A DNA stretch of 64,000 nucleotides from a virus (IMGVR_UViG_3300029288_004137:128001-192000), one strand, 5' to 3'; counted from the first letter of the stretch, positions 30,400 through 39,999 are shown. Made by a program: numbers and translations. The notes: a model not told the origin generated them from the letters alone.

Positions 30400-30704
30400 T
30401 AGTTTTCTCTCTTATTCAAATTTATTTTTATTCCATTATCATCAATTAATTGACACAAAAAATATGATGTTCCACTACTTAAACATCCCATAACAAATAT
30501 ATCTAAATAAGTATTCGTTATATTAAATATACTTAATATATTTAAAAAATCACAAAACGAAAATATTATTCCAACCCAAAAACCAATGCACATTGGACAA
30601 TGAAAAAAATTATACTTTGGCCTTATTTTATTAAAAATATCACCATAAACAAGAATTTGTGTGCATCCATAACATATAAATATAAAAAATAATAAATTAA
30701 GCAT
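30399..30704 (-). CDS. small membrane protein with CPMC motif (DUF1360-like)
   Basis: Three hydrophobic segments, FHCPMCIGFWVG. Confidence 0.6.
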   Translation of the reverse strand: MLNLLFFIFICYGCTQILVYGDIFNKIRPKYNFFHCPMCIGFWVGIIFSFCDFLNILSIFNITNTYLDIFVMGCLSSGTSYFLCQLIDDNGIKINLNKREN

Positions 30705-33014
30705 TCTTTATTCTTCTCCATACTTCATCAAGATCTATCATATCAAGTTGACTTCTTTTTGATACATCTTCTGGTGATTTAACTTGTGGATACTTTTTCT
30801 TTGCGAATTCTACCCACTCATCCCAAGCACTTAAAATCTGCTGTTCTGTCACCATATAATATGGATTTTTTTTGTTCTCTTTTCTTTCAATTTCAATCCG
30901 ATCTTTTTCAGCATAAAAAAGATCTTTCATCACATCATATAAATTTCTTTTTAACATTTTTGCTTTTTTATAGCAATCAGCAACAAATGCTTCAACTTCT
31001 TTAGGTTCCTTTAAATATTCTGTTACATCTTTAAAATCTTTAAAATTTTTAGGATCATCTATGTTTTCTTCATTTCTTTTATGCTGTCTCGTATGCGTTA
31101 ATTCGTGTGTTAATGTAGATTTAAGTTCAACAACAAATTCAACCGCTAAAGCTAAAGTTCTATATTTACCATTTTTAGATTTACCATATAATTCAGGTGG
31201 TATTATAATTTCTACTTCAACCGTCTTTAAAAACCTTTTTGGATTATCAAGAATCTCATCAATTAAATTTTTTGGTACATAAGGAGCATAGTTAATAACT
31301 ATATTTTTCATCAAACTCTTTTTTTCTGTTTCATAATAAGATACCAAAAACAATTCTACCTTTTTTAAAAGACTTTCATCTCTGGTATTTAAATAAATTC
31401 CAAGAATATCCAAAATATCAGATGTTGCACTTTCTGAAAGGTACTTATCACAAAATTCTGCTAATCCAGCTAAATTTCCAATATTTTCTGGTACTTCTCT
31501 AAGAAAATTTATTACTTTTTCTAATGTTTTCTTTAAAGAATTTTCCACTTGAACTGAATTTAAATAAGATGTCGCACCACTACTATATATTTTTGAAATT
31601 TCTTCAGATTCCTTAACTTTAACACACAAAAAATCTACATCAAATCTATCATTTCCAGGAATTTCGTCTTTTGTAAAAAGAATATATTCCTGTACTGGCT
31701 CATGATTTTTTATTAAATCAATTACTTTTTGAACCACAATTCTTGATATCGCTGTTGTTGTATAATCGGTTACACTTTCATTCAATAACATTTTAAATTT
31801 GTTTTCTTTGCTTTCATCAAGATCAAGCATCTTAAAACGATCTGATTCACTCTGATCTGATACTTTTTCTGATCTTGGAATATCATTAAGTTCAAGCGTT
31901 TTTGTTCTTTCTGATTCAGATTGATCATTTGCTGATTTTATTGGTATTTCGTCTAAATCTACTTGAACCCACCTATCTTCTACTTGTTTTTTCTTCCACT
32001 GTTTATATACTTCGTCGTCTTTAATTGCTGTTTCATCTACACCATTATCAAGTAAATATTCAATAATATCAAAATAACCATAAAGTGCTGCACTTGTTAA
32101 AGCATAATAATCAAGAACATGAATATCAGCACCATTTCAACAAGATATTTTACAATATCAAGATAACCGTATTTTACTGCCCAAAATAAAGGACCCTCCT
32201 TAAAAACATGAATATCAGCACCATGCTCAACAAGATATTTAACCATATCTAAATCACCATTTTCTACTGCCAACCGTAAAGTGCAATCATTAACAGCATG
32301 AATATCAGCACCATGCTCAACAAGATATTTAACAATATCAAAATAACCACGTTTTGCTGCAATTCGTAAAGCATGATCACGTTCAGCATGAATATCAGCA
32401 CCTTGCTCAATTAAATTTTTAACTTTGTCTAAATCACCTTTTTTTGCTGCATCCATTAATTCTAGATCTAAATTTCTATCTTCTTTTAATAATTTTATTC
32501 TTCTCCGTACTTCATCTAGTTCAATCATATCAATTTGATTTCTTTTTGGTTCTTGTGTTTTCTTTTGTTTTATTTCACCTTTGCCATTAAAAATATATCT
32601 TAATAAATTTCTATATTCTTCAAATAAAAATTCATAATTTCTTTGTATATCTTCTTGTGTAGCATTAACAGGAACAACTTTTCCATCTTCAAAAAAAGAA
32701 TATGAAGTTAATTTACCAGTTTGCATATTAAACGACAATGTTGCTGGCTCTGCATTTTTTCTATGTAAATTTCCATCTTTTTCCCAAAACAAAACTAATT
32801 CCTTGTTAAAATCCATATAAAATATCTTTGATGGTATTTTTTTAGGAGGTTCTATACCAATCCATCTAATTGAATAAATACCATTTTCTGTTCCTTTTAT
32901 AAACTCAATTCTTGCATTCCCAATATAAACAAATATTTCATCTTTTTTATATTCTTTTATGCCATCAGCATTTATACCAATACTCTTTAAATAATTTATA
33001 ATACGTCCTTTCAT
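30697..33014 (-). CDS. frameshifted multi-module protein: unknown domain + ankyrin repeats + HExxH zincin-like domain (track ORFs 32097..33014 and 30697..31830 joined)
   Basis: One base is missing at about 32135-32137 (GTT GAA AT GGT GCT GAT). The downstream frame is open from 32136 into the 31830 ORF and continues the ankyrin repeat. HELTH at 31093-31107 with downstream EVEA. Confidence 0.75.
30707..30739. repeat. 33-bp variant linker repeat, identical to 29702..29734
   Basis: Same 33-mer. Confidence 0.9.
31813..31848. repeat. 36-bp identical dispersed repeat, copy 4 of 4
   Basis: Same 36-mer. Confidence 0.95.
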
Positions 33015-33026
33015 TATATCTCCAAA

Positions 33027-33584
33027 TTACCAAGTATATCTATTTGGTATATATTTTGGAATTGTCCCTTTATATTCCTCTTGAGATATTTTTCCTAATT
33101 CTGTTGTCTCTTCATCTTCTGGATCTGTTAACCATTCTTCAAATTCATCTTTCATTCTTTTTAAGAATTCAAATTTTGGTCTCTCATTTTCAATAAATTT
33201 TGCAATAACAAACACTATCACTTGAACTGGATCTTCATCTCCTGATATTTCTTCTTTTTTAGGAAACTTGGCTTCCATCGCTCCATATATATTACCACCT
33301 TTAACACTTTCTGGGTATATTACACCTTTCTTTTGAAGATATTGAAATAATAAATCTTGAATTTGATATACTTGATCGTTTAAATCTTCCTTTGGAATCG
33401 CTATAACCTTGTACTCTCTCAAATCCAAAATTATATCTATATTTGGATGATCCCTAACAACAAGATTTCCATCTAACGTTTTCCTTATATTTAATTTTAC
33501 CTTAACACCTAAAGATTCTTCAGGCAACTTCTCTTCTTCTTGTTGTTCTTTTTGTTCTTCACCTACTCTTACTTCAATTGCCAT
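33027..33584 (-). CDS. hypothetical protein
   Basis: 185-aa ORF (IRKTLDGN...DHP.IDI, GGNIYGAMEA) in the portal operon. Confidence 0.6.
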   Translation of the reverse strand: MAIEVRVGEEQKEQQEEEKLPEESLGVKVKLNIRKTLDGNLVVRDHPNIDIILDLREYKVIAIPKEDLNDQVYQIQDLLFQYLQKKGVIYPESVKGGNIYGAMEAKFPKKEEISGDEDPVQVIVFVIAKFIENERPKFEFLKRMKDEFEEWLTDPEDEETTELGKISQEEYKGTIPKYIPNRYTW

Positions 33585-34416
33585 CTCTGATCTCCCGAAC
33601 TAACTCCTGTATTTTTAATACTTCTTGAATAAAATTTTTATCAATTTTCTTTTTATTACTATCGGTAAGATTGTTAATCACTTGCTTTGTTTTTTCTACA
33701 AGAATATTATCTTTACTTATTTCTTCTAATAATATTAATTTTGATAATTCTTCTTTTAATCTTTTGATTTCTTCATTTAAAAAGATCTTAAGATCTATAT
33801 CAGAATTTTCTCCTTCAAATGCCAAAACATATCTTTTCAATAAATCTTTTTGTTCTTCATGCAATAAAGAATATTCTTCATTAAATTTTTTCAAAAATGT
33901 TTTAAATACAATATTATCAATAGGTACTATCTCCTTTTCTTTTTCTGCTTCTACTAACATATTTTTAATAATCTTCTCTTCTAACATAACTTTGTCAGAT
34001 ATCTCCAATGATTCATTTAATATTAAACAAATTGTTGCCATTTCTTTATAATTTGAAACAAAATTTTCAAATAATTCAGGACCAAACAATGTATTAATTT
34101 TTTTAATTAATTTTGATTGTTGCTTGTATAAATCTTTTCTATTTACAAATTCTTTCTCTTTTTTAATCTCTAATAAAACACGATTTGCTACATTATTTGT
34201 CAATCCTTTTGATTCAATTAAAACACGATATAAAGACAAATCTTTATTTAAAACTGTTCCTTTTTTAAAAAACTCTTTAATAATTGAAAGAATAGTATCT
34301 TTTTTTTCTTTTTTTTCATCCATAGATGATTTCACACTTTCTATTATAAGAATTTCATAGAGAAACGCAGTATTCCTTTTTTTATTATGTTTGATCATCA
34401 ATTTGTTCTTCCTCAT
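33574..34416 (-). CDS. hypothetical protein downstream of the portal gene
   Basis: KHNKKRNTAFLYE N-terminus, helical; true start probably about 34398. Confidence 0.6.
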   Translation of the reverse strand: MRKNKLMIKHNKKRNTAFLYEILIIESVKSSMDEKKEKKDTILSIIKEFFKKGTVLNKDLSLYRVLIESKGLTNNVANRVLLEIKKEKEFVNRKDLYKQQSKLIKKINTLFGPELFENFVSNYKEMATICLILNESLEISDKVMLEEKIIKNMLVEAEKEKEIVPIDNIVFKTFLKKFNEEYSLLHEEQKDLLKRYVLAFEGENSDIDLKIFLNEEIKRLKEELSKLILLEEISKDNILVEKTKQVINNLTDSNKKKIDKNFIQEVLKIQELVREIRDGN

Positions 34417-37400
34417 CTTTTTTTATCAATTTTTCAATAAGTTTTATCTTTGAATCAATATTCTCTTGCTGTTCAAAAATTGCTCTAACTCTTCTTGGAT
34501 AATTAGTTTTATCAATATTAAATATTGAATTGTCACCAGAAAACATATTCTTTAAATTAGGAATCGCTGTTTGTTTCTTTGTTAAACCCATCTGTTTTCT
34601 TGAAGATGGACGTTGAGACATATTACCCTGAGATCTCATACTATGAGATATTTCTTTGTGCTTGGGATTTATAACACGTAATTCGTGATTATGCTCTTTA
34701 TCTGTTGAATGCTCTTTGTACTTGCCTAAAGAAGTTTTTCCAACACTCCTTCTACCCGGTGCTGCTAAAAGCGTTTCATCCTCATCCCCTCCTTCCTTAC
34801 TTTCTCCACCTCCACCACCCAACAAATCCTCTCCACCTCCTTCTTCACCTTCACCCTCTCCTCCCAATGAATCTTCATCACCCTCTCCACCTAACAAATC
34901 TTCATCAGATCCAGATATAGGAGCGCCCATATCACCACTACCACCTTCTAGCATTCCTTCAAGAACTGATTGTAATTTACTATCTGCAAACAATTCCGCT
35001 CTGATACGTTTTTGTTCATCACTTGAAAGTTGTTTGATATTTTCATCAACCCATCTAGTAGACATACCAGAAGATTTCGCTGCCTCTACAGCATCAAATC
35101 TTGTTTTCCACAATTCAATTTCTTGAAGTTCAGAAATCTTAGAAGGATTATTAAGAATAATTTCATAAGAAACTAAATCAGCATTCTTATATCCCATTGC
35201 AGCTAAATGTATCCTTGCTACTTTTTCTAATTCGGTCACAACTGCATTTTGTAACCTTTGTATTGTTCTAGCAAAACGAATATCTTTTTGTGAAAGAGAA
35301 GATTTATCATCATCACCCGCTTCAGCAGTTAAATAAGAAGCAGGTATCTTGATTGCTGAAAACATTTTATCTCTAAAATATTTAATATCATCTACATCAC
35401 CAGTATAAGATCCACCTGCTAATGTTTCAATTTTTGTATTATCTTCTTTTCCTCTTACTGGAATTATATAATCATCTTCAATAGATGTAGCACTATATCT
35501 TTGATCTACTCGTCCTGTTAAATGATCGACAACTTGATTTTTCTTTAAAGTCATTCTAAATTCTTCAACATAATTTTCTTCTTCTTCTGCTGGTATGCCA
35601 CCCATATCCAAATAAAAAACTCTTCTTTCTGGTGATCTGACTATACGATAACTCATTACTGCATCTTCTAACATCGTATTATGAGAAACAATTCCATTCG
35701 CAACAAAGTTATGAATTTCATTATCTACTTGTAAATCATATGTATCTACTAATTTTTCTTCATCTATTATATGAGATACGTTTTCAAAAGAAATATCTGT
35801 ATCGTCTATATCATCTAAATTTATATATAATCTATATGAATCTTTTCTTGTTATAGTCCCAAACGTTTTATCCTCATAAACACCTGCTTTCTTACTTAAT
35901 TTTATTTCATTGCCTACTGCAACACCACATTGCTGACATAAAATCTGGACATCATTCATTAATTCATAATTTGACAAACTTAATCTTTTATCTTTTTTAC
36001 TTCCATCTGCATCCATTAATCCACGTAATAATTCAATTTTATTTACTTTACTTAAAGAATAAACCCACGATGGTATTCTTTTATTTTCAAATCCACTTAT
36101 AAATCCAAGTTTTTTAAATAAAGAAATACATTCTTTTGACGAAATATTTACCTGTGCTCCTTTATTCTTTTGTGCTTCAGTTAAACACATCTTTTTTTCT
36201 GGAGAAAACAAACTCTCCATTAAATTAATATAATACTGATTTTGTTCTTCATATATACCTAAAGCAAAACCAATACTTTTACGATCTTCATTAATCCATC
36301 CATCTCCTAACATAAATCCAAATAATCTCATAAACTCTGGGTTTGTTTTAAATATGTGATCTGTACTTAAGAAAGATTTTTTATGTATTTTTCCATTTCC
36401 AAAATAAAGATCTTCGTCTAATTTTATTTCATAATAATCTTTTGTAGTTTCCCAATTATTAGGAAGAACTAATTTGTCTGCATTTTTTGCCTTTGATCCA
36501 CCATCTCCGTCACTCACTATTAAATCTTTTGCTTGTTTATATACAAACTTTCCATTTTTATCATAAACTAACAATCCGTGATTTGGAGTAACTTCTATTT
36601 GTCTATGTGAAGTAACCACCTTAATAACTCGTTGCTTTCCCATATTCCTGCATTCTTTTACTTTAGATTCAATAAGTTTATTATTATCGAAATCATAAGA
36701 TAATATTATGTCATCAGAGTGTATATCCTTTATTTGTTTATACCCTTTGTCTTTTGTCCAAAGGGGAGTATGACTCGCACAACACAATTGCCTCCAAATC
36801 CTCCGTGCTGGATCTAGTACAGCTGTACCATATGGAGAATATTTATCATTTCCAAGCAATCTAAAATGTGCTATTTGAAAGTTTTCAAAGGTTAAACCCC
36901 CTGAATTCCACTGAAACTGAATATATAGTGGATTATCGGAATCTTGTCCTTCTAATCTTTCTATTTCTTCTTGTGGTAATGGAATCACATTTCTAATTCC
37001 TTTTCCGTCCTTTACATCTAAAAATAGAAAAAAATCACCAAATTTACATAGAGATCTAACCCAATAAAACAAATTAAACTCAACATTTAAAATATTATAA
37101 AAAAGATTATCTAAAACCTCTTTGATTTCATAGTTTTTACATTTTATTCTTATAATTGGACTCATCATAGAAAACGTAGTTATTTCATCTGCATATATAT
37201 CTAACGCAGATGCTAACTCTGGCATGTATTCCATTTGTTCAAAATCTTGATATCTTTCAAATCTCCACTGACTTGCCATTTGATTTGTATTAAGATTGGC
37301 AAATGGATCGTATGTATATCTTTTAAATTTTTTCCCAGAAGTTGAAGTAAATTTAAATTTATTTAAATTCTTTCTTCTATATTTAGAAACTGCTTGTGTC

Positions 37401-37498
37401 CTATAATTTACTATTGGACCAGAAAATAATTTAGTTAGTCTTTTAAATAAAGAAGTTCCAACTGTTTCATATTTTCTACCTATTGATGGTTTTTTCAT
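34385..37498 (-). CDS. gp20: portal protein (gp20-like) containing an intein
   Basis: ALDIYADE, PYGTAVLDPARRIWRQL|TMLEDA..YRIVRSPERRVFY.D.G, EDDY.IPVRG, DDIKY, FARTIQRLQ. Confidence 0.92.
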   Translation of the reverse strand: MKKPSIGRKYETVGTSLFKRLTKLFSGPIVNYRTQAVSKYRRKNLNKFKFTSTSGKKFKRYTYDPFANLNTNQMASQWRFERYQDFEQMEYMPELASALDIYADEITTFSMMSPIIRIKCKNYEIKEVLDNLFYNILNVEFNLFYWVRSLCKFGDFFLFLDVKDGKGIRNVIPLPQEEIERLEGQDSDNPLYIQFQWNSGGLTFENFQIAHFRLLGNDKYSPYGTAVLDPARRIWRQLCCASHTPLWTKDKGYKQIKDIHSDDIILSYDFDNNKLIESKVKECRNMGKQRVIKVVTSHRQIEVTPNHGLLVYDKNGKFVYKQAKDLIVSDGDGGSKAKNADKLVLPNNWETTKDYYEIKLDEDLYFGNGKIHKKSFLSTDHIFKTNPEFMRLFGFMLGDGWINEDRKSIGFALGIYEEQNQYYINLMESLFSPEKKMCLTEAQKNKGAQVNISSKECISLFKKLGFISGFENKRIPSWVYSLSKVNKIELLRGLMDADGSKKDKRLSLSNYELMNDVQILCQQCGVAVGNEIKLSKKAGVYEDKTFGTITRKDSYRLYINLDDIDDTDISFENVSHIIDEEKLVDTYDLQVDNEIHNFVANGIVSHNTMLEDAVMSYRIVRSPERRVFYLDMGGIPAEEEENYVEEFRMTLKKNQVVDHLTGRVDQRYSATSIEDDYIIPVRGKEDNTKIETLAGGSYTGDVDDIKYFRDKMFSAIKIPASYLTAEAGDDDKSSLSQKDIRFARTIQRLQNAVVTELEKVARIHLAAMGYKNADLVSYEIILNNPSKISELQEIELWKTRFDAVEAAKSSGMSTRWVDENIKQLSSDEQKRIRAELFADSKLQSVLEGMLEGGSGDMGAPISGSDEDLLGGEGDEDSLGGEGEGEEGGGEDLLGGGGGESKEGGDEDETLLAAPGRRSVGKTSLGKYKEHSTDKEHNHELRVINPKHKEISHSMRSQGNMSQRPSSRKQMGLTKKQTAIPNLKNMFSGDNSIFNIDKTNYPRRVRAIFEQQENIDSKIKLIEKLIKKDEEEQIDDQT
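35678..36784 (-). mobile_element. intein (369 aa) with LAGLIDADG homing endonuclease, inside the portal gene
   Basis: Begins CCASHTPL; block B VTPNH; LAGLIDADG motifs FGFMLGDG and LRGLMDADG; ends TYDLQVD..HNFVANGIVSHN followed by Thr; exteins rejoin as RQL-TMLEDA. Confidence 0.9.
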
Positions 37499-37502
37499 TG
37501 CT

Positions 37503-39101
37503 TTACCCCATATAAACTTTTAAACTTCCTATTTGCTTTTTCTTAGGATTATTTCTTTCCTTTATATCAAAAATATCATTATCTCTATTATATCCGTTCA
37601 TACCATTTATAGTGGTATTCATTGTTTTTGATATTTTTCTAAAAGAAGAAAGAAAAGCCATTCGATGCGCATAATTCTTTTTATTATTAACCATAACTGT
37701 TTCTCTAATCCAACAAGAAATAGACATCGCAAGTATTAAATCATCATTTGAACCCTTTTCAGGTTGTAATTTACCATTTTTCCATATAAATGTTAGCATC
37801 TCATTTAACAATCTAAAAGATCTTATCACTATTAAATCATTACGTATATATTCCTCAAATTTTGCTAAAATTAAAGGTCTTGTAGATACAGATGTACTAA
37901 ATCCAGGAATAGCATTGCTTGTTTTTCCGTGAAAAGAAGGTTTCAATATGTTTGATTCTTTTACCGAATAATAAATATTTGAATATTCAAGTTCTTCTAA
38001 TTTTTTAGCAACAGAAAAACCTAAGTTGTTATTTTCAACAACAATTAAACACCCTCCATATATTCTTCCAAAATCACATAATAATTTTGCAAATTTATCA
38101 GGATCAATTTTTCCTTGGTATTCTGCAACCTGCTCAGAATTATTATTATCTATAATATGAAATACTGAATAATCTTCACCATCTCCTCTCGCTACATCAG
38201 CAGATATAATATAATTTATGTTTGGATCATAATCTTTCCAAATATAAACATTACCATCAAAACCTGTTCTATATAAAGGTTCTCTTATTGTTTTTCTTGT
38301 TTTTTCTATGTCAGCACTATCTATAAAAGTTCCACCTGATTCATTGAAACTACACAAATATTCTTGAGCAATTTGTTTTTTAGGCAAATTTGAAGTTTCT
38401 TTTACGAACCAATCTTCATCTCTATCTGGTCTTGAATCCCATGGCAAAGATATAGCATTAAAGTCATTTCTTTTCGATAATGCATCAACATACATTCTGT
38501 GAAAAAAATTGCCTACCCCTTTTGGAGTAGAAATAACTATGCAAGATCCTCCTGTACTTAATGTAGGATAAACTGCTGCCCACATTCCATCATCTCCATC
38601 AAGTCCTTCAACTGTAGCAGCTTCATCAACAATTAACAAAGACAACGATTCAGAACGACCTGAATCTGGACTTGTGGATTCCGCTTTTATAAATGATCCA
38701 TTAGAAAACTCTAATTCTGTTTTTGTATCTGTTGTTACCTTAACAGCTTCCATAAACCAATCTGGAAGCATTTTATATTGCTGTTTAACCTTCTTTGTAA
38801 AGTTTGCTGCTGTAGCTCTTTTAGTTGCTACAACTAAAGACATGAAAGATTTATTAAACAACATCTTCCAAAGAACATATGAGGCAGTTAATGTTGAAAT
38901 ACCTAATTGTCTCGCCTTTAAGATTATATTAAAACGATGTAACTCATATTGTTTAATTGTATCTGCTTGATATCCCCATAAGATAAATGGAACATAAGCA
39001 CTTTTTGTTGTAGATATTTTTATGTATGTATTTATGAAATATTCAGGACTAACCTTACATCTCACTAACTCTCTTTTCTTCTGTTCCTTTGTGAGTATCA
39101 A
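37503..39101 (-). CDS. gp17: terminase large subunit (gp17-like)
   Basis: YQ, ILKARQLGIST (Walker A), LIVDEAA (Walker B), ISTPKG, QEYLC, nuclease DVARGDGEDYS and NDDL. Confidence 0.93.
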   Translation of the reverse strand: MILTKEQKKRELVRCKVSPEYFINTYIKISTTKSAYVPFILWGYQADTIKQYELHRFNIILKARQLGISTLTASYVLWKMLFNKSFMSLVVATKRATAANFTKKVKQQYKMLPDWFMEAVKVTTDTKTELEFSNGSFIKAESTSPDSGRSESLSLLIVDEAATVEGLDGDDGMWAAVYPTLSTGGSCIVISTPKGVGNFFHRMYVDALSKRNDFNAISLPWDSRPDRDEDWFVKETSNLPKKQIAQEYLCSFNESGGTFIDSADIEKTRKTIREPLYRTGFDGNVYIWKDYDPNINYIISADVARGDGEDYSVFHIIDNNNSEQVAEYQGKIDPDKFAKLLCDFGRIYGGCLIVVENNNLGFSVAKKLEELEYSNIYYSVKESNILKPSFHGKTSNAIPGFSTSVSTRPLILAKFEEYIRNDLIVIRSFRLLNEMLTFIWKNGKLQPEKGSNDDLILAMSISCWIRETVMVNNKKNYAHRMAFLSSFRKISKTMNTTINGMNGYNRDNDIFDIKERNNPKKKQIGSLKVYMG

Positions 39102-39116
39102 AAAGTGTCCCCATTT

Positions 39117-39650
39117 TTATGATAATTTATCAATTTCTCCTTGAGATAAGAAATCTTTAAATTTCTTTTGTCTTTCTTTAAAATCCTTTGGAGTATCTGT
39201 GAGGTTATCTGTATATTCTTTAATATTGCTAATTATATATGTTCTTTTTGCTTGATACCACGCTCTAACCATTGACACTAATTGCACTTTAATATCCATA
39301 TCACCTTCTTCTTTTAAATTAAGTTCTTTCTTTGTGATATCTTTAAATTGTCTTTTGAGATGTTTTATGACTTGACTAAATTTTCTCTTTATATTATTTT
39401 CAAATCCAGTTTCATGTGCTTCTTTCATTGCAACTTCTTCATGAATTAAAATACAAAGTTTATTTCCACTCATTTTAACAGACCACGGAATATAAACATC
39501 TTCATCTATTACTGGAACTTCTTCTCCGTTTTTTAAAGTGCCACTTCCTTTGAATCCATTTTCATAAGCTACTTGATTTATCGCTTGAATAACCTCAAGT
39601 ACTTCAATTCCACCAGATTTTTCTTTTTTATCAGACATTTCTTTCTCCAT
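39117..39650 (-). CDS. hypothetical protein
   Basis: 177-aa ORF upstream of the terminase gene. Confidence 0.55.
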   Translation of the reverse strand: MEKEMSDKKEKSGGIEVLEVIQAINQVAYENGFKGSGTLKNGEEVPVIDEDVYIPWSVKMSGNKLCILIHEEVAMKEAHETGFENNIKRKFSQVIKHLKRQFKDITKKELNLKEEGDMDIKVQLVSMVRAWYQAKRTYIISNIKEYTDNLTDTPKDFKERQKKFKDFLSQGEIDKLS

Positions 39651-39999
39651 TTATATAACATTTTTTGCAACATTTATATTTATTCATATAAAAATCATCT
39701 TCTGAACTAAAAGACAATTTTTTACAAATAATACAAGTTCTTTCAATACTTTCTCTATTAAGTAGTCTTTCAGAGTATAAGCATCCATTTATTACAATAT
39801 GGGTATTTTTTTCCTTTTTTTTATATTTTTTTTTAAATTCTTTTAATTGTTTTTGATATTCTTTTTCTTTCTCTTCATCCCATTGCGATAACGGAACTTT
39901 TATTGTTTCTTCCCCATACTTAGAAGCAATTTCTCTTTCTATTCTAGCAACTTTTGTTAGATTTTCTTCCATATTAAATCTGTGTATAAAGATAAACAC
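39631..39999 (-). CDS. hypothetical protein with C-terminal CxxC...CxxC
   Basis: IEREIASKYGEETI..P...WDEEKEKEY; CIIC...CKKC; true start probably 39972. Confidence 0.6.
   Translation of the reverse strand: MFIFIHRFNMEENLTKVARIEREIASKYGEETIKVPLSQWDEEKEKEYQKQLKEFKKKYKKKEKNTHIVINGCLYSERLLNRESIERTCIICKKLSFSSEDDFYMNKYKCCKKCYINGERNV

Noticed and set aside
17344-31848. 36-bp identical repeats as a CRISPR array
   Set aside because: Copies are 1.2-12 kb apart, in frame within coding sequence, with no spacer periodicity and no cas genes.
17560-32470. Diversity-generating retroelement template/variable repeat pair among the ankyrin repeats
   Set aside because: Differences do not appear adenine-specific, and no reverse transcriptase is present in the window.
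34716-35126. Pro/Ser-rich plus-strand ORF and local GC rise
   Set aside because: It is the antisense of the Gly/Glu-rich low-complexity tail of the portal protein.
39117-39999. Small terminase assignment for the ORFs upstream of the large terminase
   Set aside because: Position fits, but no recognisable small-terminase motif.
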